From: Candidatus Aenigmatarchaeota archaeon
GTDB taxonomy: Archaea > Aenigmatarchaeota > Aenigmatarchaeia > QMZP01
Length of the DNA: 64,000 bases
Direction: 5' to 3'
Assembly: GCA_043824495.1 (NCBI GenBank)
Contig: JBDRSV010000024.1
Location: forward strand, 107,816-171,815
In this document: piece by piece, positions 1 through 10,617 of the stretch
How the letters are laid out: each line of letters starts with the position of its first letter
Position numbering within the stretch: the first letter of the stretch is position 1
Notes under the pieces: model-generated
Databases searched by the model: none
The model's input: only the letters and a program-made list of their open reading frames with translations
Told to the model about the DNA's origin: nothing
Made by a program: the position numbers and the translations under genes

Positions 1-236
1 TCAAAGAGAAGCATCGTAAAGATATCTCCCACGGGGTCGTTTTTGTCCTCTTCCCACCAATCCTCCATGACGAGTTCGTGGATAATCATGTCAATGAGAT
101 TCTGCCTGTTCTGCATTTTCTCGTGGTAGGCTATGAAACGAGTTGGTTGACGAATGTTGTGCCAGATGATCAATCCAATTGGCACCCAGATGACTGCTGT
201 AGTGACAAGCAGCCAGAGAACTACTCTAGTTTCCAT
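1..236 (-). CDS. Partial membrane-anchored hypothetical protein (runs off the left edge); start of another GC-richer island
   Basis: Manual translation METRVVLWLLVTTAVIWVPIGLIIWHNIRQPTRF... is open to the window edge; GGAGG lies 5 nt upstream of the ATG. Confidence 0.6.
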   Translation of the reverse strand, partial: METRVVLWLLVTTAVIWVPIGLIIWHNIRQPTRFIAYHEKMQNRQNLIDMIIHELVMEDWWEEDKNDPVGDIFTMLLF

Positions 237-489
237 GTCCCCTCCAGGATTGATTGTTAGAAAAAATACTAGTATAATCACTCTCGTTAATTGACATTTC
301 TGTCTTTCGTTGTCGTAGAGTATTGATTCCTAAATTACAGATGATGACTTTACCTCGAACAAGAATCTTGTGCCAGGTGCTAAAAGTTGTCAGCGATGAT
401 AAATGTGGAACATGATGCATAGAATTTAACCTAAAATTTTATAAACCTATACAAAACCTTTTTATACCTCTTAATTGACAATATATAGT

Positions 490-879
490 ATGAAGAAAAA
501 AGCAAAGAGGACCACAAAGAAAACAGTGAAAAAACCAGTCAAGAAAATAAAAATAGAAAAGAGAGTAACACCAAAACCAAAAAAAGAAGAGAAAATTAAA
601 TGTCCTTATTGTAAGAGTTCTAGAGTGGTTTGGAGAGGATATAGATACAACGAAAAGACTGACAAGCACTTAAGATTATGTAACAACTGTAAGAGAAAGT
701 TCACAAAAAGAGACGAGTTCTTCCGTATGAGATTCGGTGAAGAAGAGATAAAAAGAGCTGTGGAATTATACAAGAAAGGTTATTCTTCTGCAGAAGTAGT
801 TCAGAACCTGAAAAGAAATCATGGAATAAAGGTTTCAAGATGGACTGTGATCTGTTGGCATAAGAGATACACTAAGTAA
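490..879 (+). CDS. Zn-ribbon + HTH protein resembling the N-terminal DNA-binding part of IS1/IS6-type transposases (no catalytic DDE domain)
   Basis: CPYCKSSRVVWRG...LCNNCKRKF followed by an HTH (AVELYKKGYSSAEVVQNL...KVSRWTVICW); Lys-rich N-terminus; the ORF track starts at 475. Confidence 0.6.
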   Translation: MKKKAKRTTKKTVKKPVKKIKIEKRVTPKPKKEEKIKCPYCKSSRVVWRGYRYNEKTDKHLRLCNNCKRKFTKRDEFFRMRFGEEEIKRAVELYKKGYSSAEVVQNLKRNHGIKVSRWTVICWHKRYTK

Positions 880-900
880 TTATTTTTTTTATCAGTTATT

Positions 901-921
901 ATATCCCTTTAAATGGACAAT
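901..921 (+). repeat. Island-edge motif, copy A
   Basis: ATATCCCTTTAAATGGACAAT at the AT-rich/GC-rich transition. Confidence 0.9.
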
Positions 922-926
922 GCAAA

Positions 927-963
927 GGGAGAGGTGCAGTATTCCACATCTGCACACTCTCCC
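927..963 (-). terminator. Bulged hairpin next to motif A (terminator-like for the gene at 995-2869)
   Basis: GGGAGAGGTGCAG (927-939) pairs with CTGCAC-A-CTCTCCC (950-963); TTT follows on the minus strand. Confidence 0.65.
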
Positions 964-994
964 ACCACATCACCTTTTCAGGCTTTGCAGATTT

Positions 995-2869
995 TTACTT
1001 CAGAAGCGTCATCTTTTTGCTTTCCGTCAGGCTGGCCGTTTGCAACCGATAGAAGTACATACCGGACGCGACGGCCTTACCGTAGCGGTCGGTTCCGTCC
1101 CAGCTAACCTGATGTGTTCCTTCGGGCTGGGACCCGTTGACGAGAGTGGCAACGTTGCGGCCGAGGATATCAAAGACCTCTAGCTTTACGTCTCCTCCCT
1201 GAGTCAACTGATAGGAAATCACGGTTCCGGCGTTGAAGGGGTTCGGGTAGTTCTGGTTCAAGCTGAATGATGTAGGAACGGCTCCTGTTGTCTTGTACGC
1301 GATGTTCAGCGTACCTAATGGAATCCACCCAGCCGGAACTGTCCGGCTGTTGTTGATCTCGTCAGCTATCGTTTTGGCCAACTCGTGATCGCCGAATGGA
1401 TCGTCGATCAAGTTGTCGCAGTATGTTACCGCCTGTGACACAGTCGCGCCGTCATCGCTAATCACAGCGGTTTGTGCCAGTTTGCCGCTAGCGACATTGA
1501 GTAGCAAAGCCATGAGTTGCTGTCTGGCTCGATCAATCATGTCAACGCTGCCCTTGAGGTTCAGCAACGTCTTCGCGACTTCGAGCTTGTCTTCACAAAG
1601 ATCCGACACGGGTGGATCGTACACGACGACCTCGTTCACTGCGTTCGAGTTGAAGTGGCCCGCGATGAGGTCGAGATAGCTACACAGAGTTGAAGCATCG
1701 ATTTGCGCGCGGCCATTCCCACCAGTAGCGACGCCGACGTTGTGTTTCCAGAAGCCGATTGTTCGTTGTTCTCCAGCGTCTGACGGGCATCCCAATTCAA
1801 AGTCGATTTGGGCTGTGCCTTCACAATCGAGATCGACGGACTGTTCGCTCGGAAATGCCGTATACCCGAGGGGGCCAACAAATGATACCATGTAGCTGGC
1901 CTCACCCGGGAGGTTCTCGAAATCGTAGTAACCGGCTTCATCAGTCACAGCCGATTCTACAAGTACACCGGTGGCATCGAAGACATCAATCGTGATACCA
2001 AGAACAGAGCAGTCAGCACTCAGTGTGCCCTCAATTGCGGCGAAGCATTCTTCCTCTCCACCTCCGCATGCACACGTTCCATCTTCCACCTCAATGGCGG
2101 TGATGGTGTTGTCGTAGGCGTCCTTTGACCAGACGACGGTCAACGGCGCGAAGTTGATGACGTCGCATTCGAGATCCTCATCCCGACCACCGATCGTCGC
2201 GAAGTCACTGAGATACACGCCCGTTGTCTTGTCAATGCGAACGATGTTGCCCAGACCATCGCGCCCGATGTAAAGGGTGTTCCCCGTCCCAACAATAACA
2301 CCACTTATTCGATCCAGTGTATTGCCGGCCGCGTCGGTCGGATACAACGTTCCCAGATAGGCTCCCGAGCCCGCATCGAAGTGGTCAATGCCCGTTGATA
2401 CATCATCGGAAACCCAGACACTGTTATCCGTCGCATCAAAGCCAATGCCGTCGATGAAACAGAAGCCCGGTGTTACCACAGAAAACTGGAAAGTGGCTAC
2501 GCCGGTGGTGGGATCGATGAGATACACGTTCGCCGGACATTCGTTGTCACTGCCTCCCCAGATCATGTTGCGCGTATTGTCCCATGCAATAGCGCCGATC
2601 GAAACTGGTGTGCCATCCGGTTTGAAAATGGAAACGAAGCCGAGATCGGTGCCGAATTTGTCTATCGAGTAGAGAGTTGGGTCGAAAGAGTTGGTGTAGA
2701 AAATCACACCATCACATCCAACTGCAACACCGATACCGACACCAGACGAGCTTGGAACAGGAACTGTGACGTTCGTGATGACATCACCGGGAGCTGCCAT
2801 TGACGTAGCGGTGATAGCGGTGAAGAGGCAGAACACAACAAGCGCAGTGAAAGCTGTGAGACGCTTCAT
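995..2869 (-). CDS. Secreted protein: beta-propeller-like region, SdrD-B/CarboxypepD-reg-like Ig domain, C-terminal FlgD-Ig/T9SS-type sorting domain
   Basis: Signal peptide; C-terminus FSLNQNYPNPFNAGTVISYQL...EVFDILGRNVATLV...WDGTD...VASGMYFYRL...KKMTLLK. Confidence 0.85.
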   Translation of the reverse strand: MKRLTAFTALVVFCLFTAITATSMAAPGDVITNVTVPVPSSSGVGIGVAVGCDGVIFYTNSFDPTLYSIDKFGTDLGFVSIFKPDGTPVSIGAIAWDNTRNMIWGGSDNECPANVYLIDPTTGVATFQFSVVTPGFCFIDGIGFDATDNSVWVSDDVSTGIDHFDAGSGAYLGTLYPTDAAGNTLDRISGVIVGTGNTLYIGRDGLGNIVRIDKTTGVYLSDFATIGGRDEDLECDVINFAPLTVVWSKDAYDNTITAIEVEDGTCACGGGEEECFAAIEGTLSADCSVLGITIDVFDATGVLVESAVTDEAGYYDFENLPGEASYMVSFVGPLGYTAFPSEQSVDLDCEGTAQIDFELGCPSDAGEQRTIGFWKHNVGVATGGNGRAQIDASTLCSYLDLIAGHFNSNAVNEVVVYDPPVSDLCEDKLEVAKTLLNLKGSVDMIDRARQQLMALLLNVASGKLAQTAVISDDGATVSQAVTYCDNLIDDPFGDHELAKTIADEINNSRTVPAGWIPLGTLNIAYKTTGAVPTSFSLNQNYPNPFNAGTVISYQLTQGGDVKLEVFDILGRNVATLVNGSQPEGTHQVSWDGTDRYGKAVASGMYFYRLQTASLTESKKMTLLK

Positions 2870-3415
2870 GGATTTTTATTCCTTAGGTTGTGAGGGAAAT
2901 ATGACCCTCCGGGTTTGTTTTTCGATTAGTTTCTGATTGTTTGTCGTTTACCACGTTTCCAAGTTAAGGTCCGCGAATCGCTATTTTCATTGGCATCCTC
3001 TCTTTGGGTTAATGTTGTCCGCACAAATTGCGGGATTAAAAGAAGGAAAGACACAAAAGATAGAGTATGTCTTATGTAGACTGAGAGTAAAATCATTCGA
3101 AGAATAAAGCTAATACTATTAAAACAAACATGCATGTTTGATGTGTTTCTTTTCATGTTTTTTGTGTTAGCCAATGTACCGTTTCTATGGTTAATTGGAT
3201 TGATTGAGTTGCAATCAATACAAATTTAAATGATGTTCGAATGAGTAGCATGATTTAAATTGTATACAAAAATTGACGTTGATTCATCGTCGTTTTTTTG
3301 TGTTTTGGTATTTTTTTTGATTCTAGCTTGTCGCTTTTGTCAAGTCTTTAACTCAAGTATATAGCTTACAGGTATTTAAATGTTTTCTAACACATTTTTT
3401 TTAATTTTCTTTCTT

Positions 3416-3437
3416 TTATCCCTTTAAATAGACATAT
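3416..3437 (+). repeat. Island-edge motif, copy B (variant)
   Basis: TTATCCCTTTAAATAGACATAT, followed by a bulged hairpin at 3443-3506. Confidence 0.85.
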
Positions 3438-4408
3438 AAAAAGGCAAACGGGCGAAGATTTGGAGCCAAACTCTTCTTGATGTCTCACCTCCGCCCGTTA
3501 AATGCCGTTGTCCGGCCTATCAATTTACCCGCCGGTTAGGTGAGCACATGTGCTCGTGTCCCAGAGGCGCATGTTTTCATGCCCTCCTTTGCCGGGTTCT
3601 TACGCGAACGTGCTGCTTGACCGAGATAATGTAGCTGCCAGATTCCCCACAACCTTGTTATTGGTGGAACCGCGACAGCGGTCGGTCCAGTCCGTATGCA
3701 TCGTAGCCTCACTTGGTGAAGGACTGCGAATCAAGAGACGGGGATTCAGAAGAATCCCCGTCTCACGAGTTGACGGTTGGTACGAGATATATCAAAGGAA
3801 GTCTTTATGCCATTGGGTGCATTCCGAAACCTTTAGCCTCGTCCGTCTCCGAGGGATCCTATCAAAGGTTTCATAAAGGAAATTTCATGGACCTCGTTAC
3901 GATAGGATCGGAGTGGCGTAAAGCCACGGCCAGAACCTCGAGGTCCCCCAGGATAAGATCACCGTTTGAATATGAGTCAGCGGTGAACGTAAGGGTGCTG
4001 GCGATTCTTCTTCGCATTCAAACCCTCCAGGGAACACTTCGTAATTTGTGTTGTCAGCGGCTGTTTACGAATCGGCGGTGATCGTTTCCACCACGGTACA
4101 TGTCGGCGTGGTGACAAACGATGAAGAAGCGACTTCAAAACGCGCGCGGCCATTGCTCGGCGGCGGCGAATGAGCCCAGGCATTGACGGCGGTCGCGGCG
4201 GTATTCATCCAGGAAGCGACCACTGGTGACCCGCGAAGGGTCGGTAATCGGTTCATAGAGCAAGCTCCATTTCTTCCGATAGGAAAATTCCAATCCACTT
4301 TACAAACTCTCGCCTAAACAGAAAGTATTGTCACATAACTTTCCGTCGCAAAAGAGAATGTGAAGAGGAAACAATTTCGTACACCTCGTCAAGAGATCGT
4401 CTCCATTT

Positions 4409-4774
4409 TCACCCTACATGGGCTAGGCGAGAGGATAGACCAGTTGCTGATAGAGATGTAGAGGGAACCGTTTTCATCCGAAGATCTCTCCCGTCCCTCA
4501 GGGAGTAAGTTGCTCGTCCACCAGGTTCCCATACCAAGGGAGCTGGCAACTCTGCCATTCTCTCTATCCGACTCTCTGTTGTCATCGCCACTACGGCAAC
4601 AACTCTTAGCCTATCCGGCGTAGGATTATGAGAGTGTAGAGCGAATTCCTCGTTCCATGTTTGTTCTGTATCGCTGCCTGTTATGATATCCAATCCTGAA
4701 AACGGGATTGGGTCAGCGGTATAAACAATACAGGAACCATATATGAGGTAGCAGAGTGTCATGATTCCCAGCAT
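4409..4774 (-). CDS. Hypothetical protein with a hydrophobic N-terminus (possibly truncated)
   Basis: AAGGAG lies upstream of the ATG; 121-aa ORF. Confidence 0.5.
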   Translation of the reverse strand: MLGIMTLCYLIYGSCIVYTADPIPFSGLDIITGSDTEQTWNEEFALHSHNPTPDRLRVVAVVAMTTESRIERMAELPAPLVWEPGGRATYSLRDGRDLRMKTVPSTSLSATGLSSRLAHVG

Positions 4775-4885
4775 GACAACTCCTTACAAGGGCACATGGT
4801 TATATGGTAAATGCTCTCTCCGTCAACAAATCGTGCCCTCTAAGACATGTTTAGGAGAGAAAGGCGACAACTCATGAAGTGTTCT

Positions 4886-5044
4886 TCAGGTGGACCCGTC
4901 ATCACTGTTATTGCGTTGACGGCCTTCTCCTTGACCCGGACTTAGACGTGTGGCTTTCGGTGTTTTCGCGGCGCGTTTCTGCTGTTTTGGACTACGCTTC
5001 TTGTTGCTCGGAAGCCCGTCTCGGGCACCACCGTGACACGTCAT
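4886..5044 (-). CDS. Possible small basic protein (52 aa)
   Basis: Manual translation MTCHGGARDGLPSNKKRSPKQQKRAAKTPK...; GAGG upstream. Confidence 0.25.
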   Translation of the reverse strand: MTCHGGARDGLPSNKKRSPKQQKRAAKTPKATRLSPGQGEGRQRNNSDDGST

Positions 5045-5674
5045 GAAAGACCTCGTTTGTGAGGAGTTCAGTTCAAGCTTGTGCTGGAACTGTTTGGAAC
5101 GAGGAATTGTTACTCTTTACGGCGAGCGATTGTGTGTCATCGTAACTCCTTGACAATGGTTTCCACAAGCTCCAAAATAAAAAAGAGCTGTTGTTTTCAA
5201 ATTCAGTTGGGAATCTCCTAGCCCGCCCCCAGAACTGACTAGAGGAGATCCCCAACTTTTGTACAGCGCACCCCGTGCATTGTTTTCAGGGTGGAGGGGC
5301 CCGGCGGTCAACTGAGCCCCTCACTGGACGAATCGGTCACAGATAACATGTTACGCATTACCGACTCGAAATCTATGCCACGGCAGTAGATGGAAGTGGT
5401 CGCATCTACCGCCGGGCTTCACGACGTTGTGCATTTTGTCGCCTTCAGCCTTACACAACGCCGTTATTTCCCCACCCACAGGGAATTTAATATCGCGGGG
5501 CCTCACTCAGGAGACCCCGCTTCCGTTGGGTTTACTACCGAATTGTTCGGTAGCGTTCTTCCACGACAGACATACGCACATGCGCACGTCTTCATTTCTT
5601 TGAGGACCTACTCATCTCCGATTTGAGTAGGTCCTCGGCTCCCCACAACCCCCCGATCAGCACCGGGAATTTTT

Positions 5675-6900
5675 TTGAGGGGAAATCTGAGCAGATATCT
5701 CAGACTCCCCTCCCGTCAGGTCTACCGACCAGCACTTCCGGTTGGACGCCGGAAATTCTTTATTAGAAGGGGTTTCCCCTCTCCAAGAAACCCCTTCCTC
5801 TTCGGCGTAGCGCGTCTCACGCGCTTTAGTGCATCGATCCCCACCGATCAGGTAAAACCCTTGGATGGTTCTCTCCCCGAACCCCCACTGAAATATTTTG
5901 GAACCCCTCATAGATCCCCGTAATCTCCGAGAGGTTCCGACAGCAGCACCATACAAATGGGACTACCGTGACAATCAAAAATACCGGAATCCACCGCGTC
6001 AGAAGAGGATTCCGGTATTCTACATCGCTGGTTGTGTTGAGAGCTTACCCCTTACTGGTCTTAACGAGTATGTTACGTCGGACTTCCTTTCACCAAATAT
6101 ACGGGTCACTACAGAATACCCGATCGATCCGCTTTGTTGTCTTAATCTCACCAGCGGATAGTGACGCGGTTACAGCCAGCGATTTCGCCTTTATACAACA
6201 GGCGTCTCCAAACCAAAATGGAAATTGGAGTTGTTGCTTCCACACTTCCGGATTTCCCCCTCCGGTAAACTCTAAGGTACTGATAGGTGACCGCTCGTGT
6301 TTCTTGTGTTCGCAATTGCCGATTGCATCAAGCTCTTCGTAGATCTAGATCTGGAAGTAATTAGCAAACGATCACAATAAACAGACAACTGGGAGAAGTC
6401 CATTTCTACCAGTACCTGGATTTTCTAACCCTCGGGAGGTGTGTACAAGCCTAAGCAGAGTTTGTCCTGTTGAATTGGCCCCGAGGGTAAGTGGCCTTCC
6501 GGAAGAGAATTGGTGAGGTCCTGTAACAGAACTCTATCTCATTCCGGGGTAAAGCTCAAGGCACAGCCAGAAGGAGACGTATTACCTTGAGAAGTTGGTC
6601 TCCCGAGTGAAGAAATTCGAGATGTCCCATCGATGAAGGACATCTCTTCTCCACTCGGGCTCATTCGTCAGCCTGGAAGGAGAAGTGCAAGAGTTTTCGC
6701 GCAATTACTCTCTCTCCTCCCGGGAAATTTATGACCTCCTGGTCCGAAACTTGTGCCGCGGTAAACCAGAAGGCGTAACTGCTAGGCTATGTGACGGCCA
6801 CAGCAGTAGGGATCGAATCCAATACACGAAAGACAGCTAAGACTAACTCTGTCTCGTGTGGTTTACGAGTAAAATTCAGAAATCGATAGTCTTCGGCCTC
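5675..6900 (+). pseudogene. Possible decayed gene of unknown family
   Basis: Protein-like stretches in successive + frames (FYIAGCVESLPLTGLNEY..., ETYYLEKLVSRVKKFEM*RTSLL...REIYDLLVRNLC) interrupted by stops and frame changes. Confidence 0.3.
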
Positions 6901-7189
6901 TTCGAGGGAAACTGCTTAAGCGCTTAATTGCAGCGCGTTATGTTTCCTGGTAAGTGACCTGTTCTCTAGGATGTACCGAAGGCTAACTTAGTTAGTCTCG
7001 GGAAATTCGCGTGTGATTGGTAGAAATGAAACATGAAATGTCCTTATATATAAATGTAATTTAATTACTTAAATAGGTTGATGGATAGCTTTAAAAAGGT
7101 ACTATTAAAATTATTTTTTTGTGAAGGGATCGATATACCAAGTGCTTCCAAAAATAAAGAGTAGAAAAAAATAAGAGTGAAAAAAGCAA

Positions 7190-9232
7190 TTAACCAATGA
7201 ATTCAACCTTTTCAAAACTGCCGTTTTCTTCAAATTTGTCTAATGTTGATACGAAAATTATTACTTTTTTCTTGTCTTCTTTACAGATTCTAGCTGCTTG
7301 TTGTATTACCATGTTCTTGATTCTGTCTGAAGCACATATGAAATGATTGCTTTGTTTCAAGTCCTGATAAATTAATTCTCTATCATCTGTGTCTTCAACC
7401 ATTATAGTTAATTCTTTTCCATCGTTCTGTAAATATATTCTGTTACCTTCTTGTTCACTCTTCCATCCGACTTCATTAAAGGTCTGCATGATACCTGTTA
7501 AGTTCAATTCTTTTTTCTGTGTTGAGTTACCAAATTTATTAGTGAAAACTTTCTCTCCTATATTTGTAAGAAAGTAATAACATAATCTATTCTTCTTAAC
7601 TTTAGCATCAGCTGAATCAACTAATCCGTTATAAGTTAAGTTCTCAACCTTTTTCTTGAAAGTTGCTCCTGACATTTTTACATTTGTGTATATCTGAGAT
7701 GTGTAAGCAGCACTACCATTACCAATGGTTTTCATCATAGCCCACTCTTGTTCTCCTAAATCCTCAATTGGAAGAGAGTTTATGAATTCTTCTTCCTTTA
7801 CTGGAGGAGGTGAGTAGCTATCTTCTTTAGCTATTCTGTCTTTCATGTGCTCTCTGATATCATCATCTACAATAGAGTTCTTAACCAGTTTAGCCTTGTC
7901 GAATTTTACAAGGAATGGTTCTGGGAAATTCATAGAGTGTCTCAAAAGCATGAAACCGTGACCTACTGGCAGTCTTCTTAGATACTTACCTTCTTCTCTA
8001 GAATCAAGACCAAGCATGTTTGAAGCGTCTTGAATATCTGAAGTATGTTTTGTATCCAAACCTAGATTCATGTATATATGAGTAGAAGTATTACCAATTG
8101 CTGGATATGAAACTAAAGATGGATGCTGATCTATGTATATCATTCCTAATCCTAATTCTCTAATTTCTCTAAATATTAATTCTACAACGGTTTCTGATCC
8201 TAATTTGGCAGATTTTTCTCTGTTAAGAACATGATGAGCTTCTTCCATCACTATACATCCTATGACTTCTTCTTTTCCGCCTTCTACGAGTAACCAATCT
8301 CTTATCCACTGTAGAATTATTTCTATGATAAAGCTCTTATCATTAACATCAAGAGCATCTAATTCTAGAATTGTTACCTTTCCTTTCTTGAAGAAATCAG
8401 ATGGTTTTATACCTTCTACACAGTCGAATATATGACCTGTGTCTTTGAAGCATAATGACTCTAATGGTCTTTCAGCTGTTGCTAACCAGTTTCTTTCTCT
8501 TGTTGGCAGCTTACCTTCTGCATATTCTGCTAAGTAATCTTTAAGGTCAAACAGTGTTGGATTTTTCTTTTCCTTGAAAACTCCATCTAAAGCTTTCAAG
8601 ATTACGTGTCTTCCACCACCGAGTAACCAGTAAGAATGATCGAATATTGAAGAGAACTCTTTCATCCACTGTGTTTGACTAATTCCTTTAGGACCTTTCA
8701 GTGGATTGAATTTGAAAGGAGCTACGCCTCTTCCGATTGTGTAAATATCTATTTTGTCTTTAATTTTAGTTGATAGTAAATCTTTATAATTTCTCTTAGA
8801 GAAATCAAATATCAAAACAGGAATATCCTTTTCTGCTAATTCTTCAATTAAGTTATATGAAATATTTGTTTTACCATAACCAGATGAACCAAATATTCCT
8901 ATATGTGTAAGTAAGTTTTTCTCTTCTAGCATGATTGGATATAAACCCTTTCTTCCGTATAAAACATCACCTAATCTAATTGTTCCTTTAGCTGCTGCTT
9001 CTTGGCTAGGAGGTTCCATTAGTACTGTATCTCTTAGATCTTCATCAGCAGAAACTGCGGCTTTTATAACATCAAGTAGTTCGAAGATTCTTTGTCTTAC
9101 ATCTTCGTTTCCAACTAAGTAAGCTTTACTTAATCTCAAAGCTTTGTCTTTACCCAAGATTGGAGTAAGCTTCTTAATTTCATCTGCAATTAGTTTTTCT
9201 TGAATATTAATCATTTGTACCACCCAAATCAT
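7190..9232 (-). CDS. HerA/VirB4/FtsK-like ATPase (DUF87-type) with C-terminal winged HTH
   Basis: Walker A GSSGYGKT, Walker B IVMEEAH, REIRELGLGMIYIDQHPS, RRLPVGHG; host-like composition. Confidence 0.85.
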   Translation of the reverse strand: MIWVVQMINIQEKLIADEIKKLTPILGKDKALRLSKAYLVGNEDVRQRIFELLDVIKAAVSADEDLRDTVLMEPPSQEAAAKGTIRLGDVLYGRKGLYPIMLEEKNLLTHIGIFGSSGYGKTNISYNLIEELAEKDIPVLIFDFSKRNYKDLLSTKIKDKIDIYTIGRGVAPFKFNPLKGPKGISQTQWMKEFSSIFDHSYWLLGGGRHVILKALDGVFKEKKNPTLFDLKDYLAEYAEGKLPTRERNWLATAERPLESLCFKDTGHIFDCVEGIKPSDFFKKGKVTILELDALDVNDKSFIIEIILQWIRDWLLVEGGKEEVIGCIVMEEAHHVLNREKSAKLGSETVVELIFREIRELGLGMIYIDQHPSLVSYPAIGNTSTHIYMNLGLDTKHTSDIQDASNMLGLDSREEGKYLRRLPVGHGFMLLRHSMNFPEPFLVKFDKAKLVKNSIVDDDIREHMKDRIAKEDSYSPPPVKEEEFINSLPIEDLGEQEWAMMKTIGNGSAAYTSQIYTNVKMSGATFKKKVENLTYNGLVDSADAKVKKNRLCYYFLTNIGEKVFTNKFGNSTQKKELNLTGIMQTFNEVGWKSEQEGNRIYLQNDGKELTIMVEDTDDRELIYQDLKQSNHFICASDRIKNMVIQQAARICKEDKKKVIIFVSTLDKFEENGSFEKVEFIG

Positions 9233-9755
9233 TAAAGATCTTTAAGATCTTATTTTCTGTTTGTAGTTGTTCCAGGAGCTCTCTTAGCTCTGTTTTTAAT
9301 TCTAATCCATCTCTCCAAAAAAGAATATTTTCTTGTCTTTTTTCTTTTCTGAGAATAGAAACATCAAGTTTGAAATTTCTCTTTTCATCGATGTCTGTGA
9401 TATGATTCATCATATCGTCTTTTTCTTCGATGTCTTCTTCAATTTCTTTTAAGAATGTTTTGTGGAGAACTTCTCTTTCTTTCATAGTGTTTTCAATTTC
9501 ACTAACTCTTATTTGCAAGAATTCTACTTTATCGAATAAGCTTCCAATAACTAGAGGATCATCTCTTTTTAGAGCAGTGAGTTTACTTTCTTCAAATCTT
9601 GGCATTGATCTTTTCTTAATAATTTGAACTTCTCTAACTTCGGGTTCATCTAGATCAATCTCATCATGTCTAATTAAAGACTCACGTCTTCTCTTTTTTG
9701 TAATGTCTTCATACTCGTCAAGAGTTTTATAATAGGGTTCCATTAATCTGTCCAT
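9207..9755 (-). CDS. Charged coiled-coil hypothetical protein, coupled to the ATPase
   Basis: 182-aa E/K-rich ORF overlapping the ATPase start. Confidence 0.75.
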   Translation of the reverse strand: MDRLMEPYYKTLDEYEDITKKRRRESLIRHDEIDLDEPEVREVQIIKKRSMPRFEESKLTALKRDDPLVIGSLFDKVEFLQIRVSEIENTMKEREVLHKTFLKEIEEDIEEKDDMMNHITDIDEKRNFKLDVSILRKEKRQENILFWRDGLELKTELRELLEQLQTENKILKIFNDLGGTND

Positions 9756-10617
9756 AATAATTACCTCGAGTGACCATTTGTCACTATCTGATAGTTAAAA
9801 TATGTATAAAGGGTTTATAAAGCTTTCGGTTAGCTTGCAGTGTGCTGTTTTTGAGCGTAAAAATCGTGTACGAAAGACAATTTTCTTGGGTTTCCATGAC
9901 TTTTGTGCCAACGAAAGACATATTCTGTCTTTAGTAAGAGAGTTAATAAAGATTTCTGTCTCGCGCCTTATAAAGGATCCGAATTGGATATTTTATATAG
10001 TAATTAATTACTATTGTAGAGATCTTTATTTACTTAAGTCTTTACATAAATAATTCTCAAATACTTTTTGTCTTTGCTAAAGTTTAATGCAGATTTTCCT
10101 CGAAACTTTTGTGGAAATTCTTGAAATCAAATGTCTTCTAGTTTTGCTAGAGCTTTTGAAGACATGGAAACTCTCATAAAACCCCAACCGAAAAGTATTT
10201 AAACCCTTTGACTATAATTTCACTATAGATTAGTGACAACAAATTAAGAAATGTCTGAGTTATGTGTGGTGTCAAATCCTACATAACTATCTTTACAATC
10301 TACGCAACTTTGAATAAAAAGAATTTCGGGTTAAACTCGCAATTCTAAACTCAGAGAAATTGAGTGCACAGGAATTTAGGCGCGGCCTAAAATCCCCATA
10401 AGAAATCCAAAAAAATGACACGCTTTGTGTCAAAAAATGTGATTTGAGGGGGTTTGATTTCCTTAGCTCTGAGTATCTACTTTTCGAAAACCACGAAGAC
10501 TCGCGTAACAATTCTAAGCAATAAATATAGTGAAATTCCAGACTTCTGTAGACTTTCGCTGTCTGACATAGAAATTAACAAGTTGACAATAAACGGAAAC
10601 TTCTGGGAGGGATTGTC

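Larger units (their letters stand above)
901..3415. mobile_element. GC-rich foreign island A
   Basis: Abrupt compositional shift at the motif; a single bacterial-type gene plus an AT-rich non-coding distal segment of about 540 bp. Confidence 0.6.
3416..7030. mobile_element. GC-rich island B, largely decayed or non-coding
   Basis: GC-rich 3.6 kb with no ORF above 124 aa in the ORF track; begins at motif B. Confidence 0.55.

Noticed and set aside
901-921. Edge motif as merely an archaeal TATA promoter (contains TTTAAATA)
   Set aside because: Conservation extends over 21 bp, and copies sit at convergent 3' ends rather than upstream of genes. An antisense-promoter role is not excluded.
3870-4310. 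TGA recoding in island B (a run of TGA-only stops in one minus frame)
   Set aside because: The read-through product is not convincingly protein-like, other frames contain TAA/TAG stops, and intact island genes end normally, including with TGA.
5270-5650. Group II intron, hammerhead, tmRNA or RNase P RNA
   Set aside because: Diagnostic motifs (domain V, CUGANGA...GAAA, tRNA-like ends, GAGGAAAGUCC) were not found.
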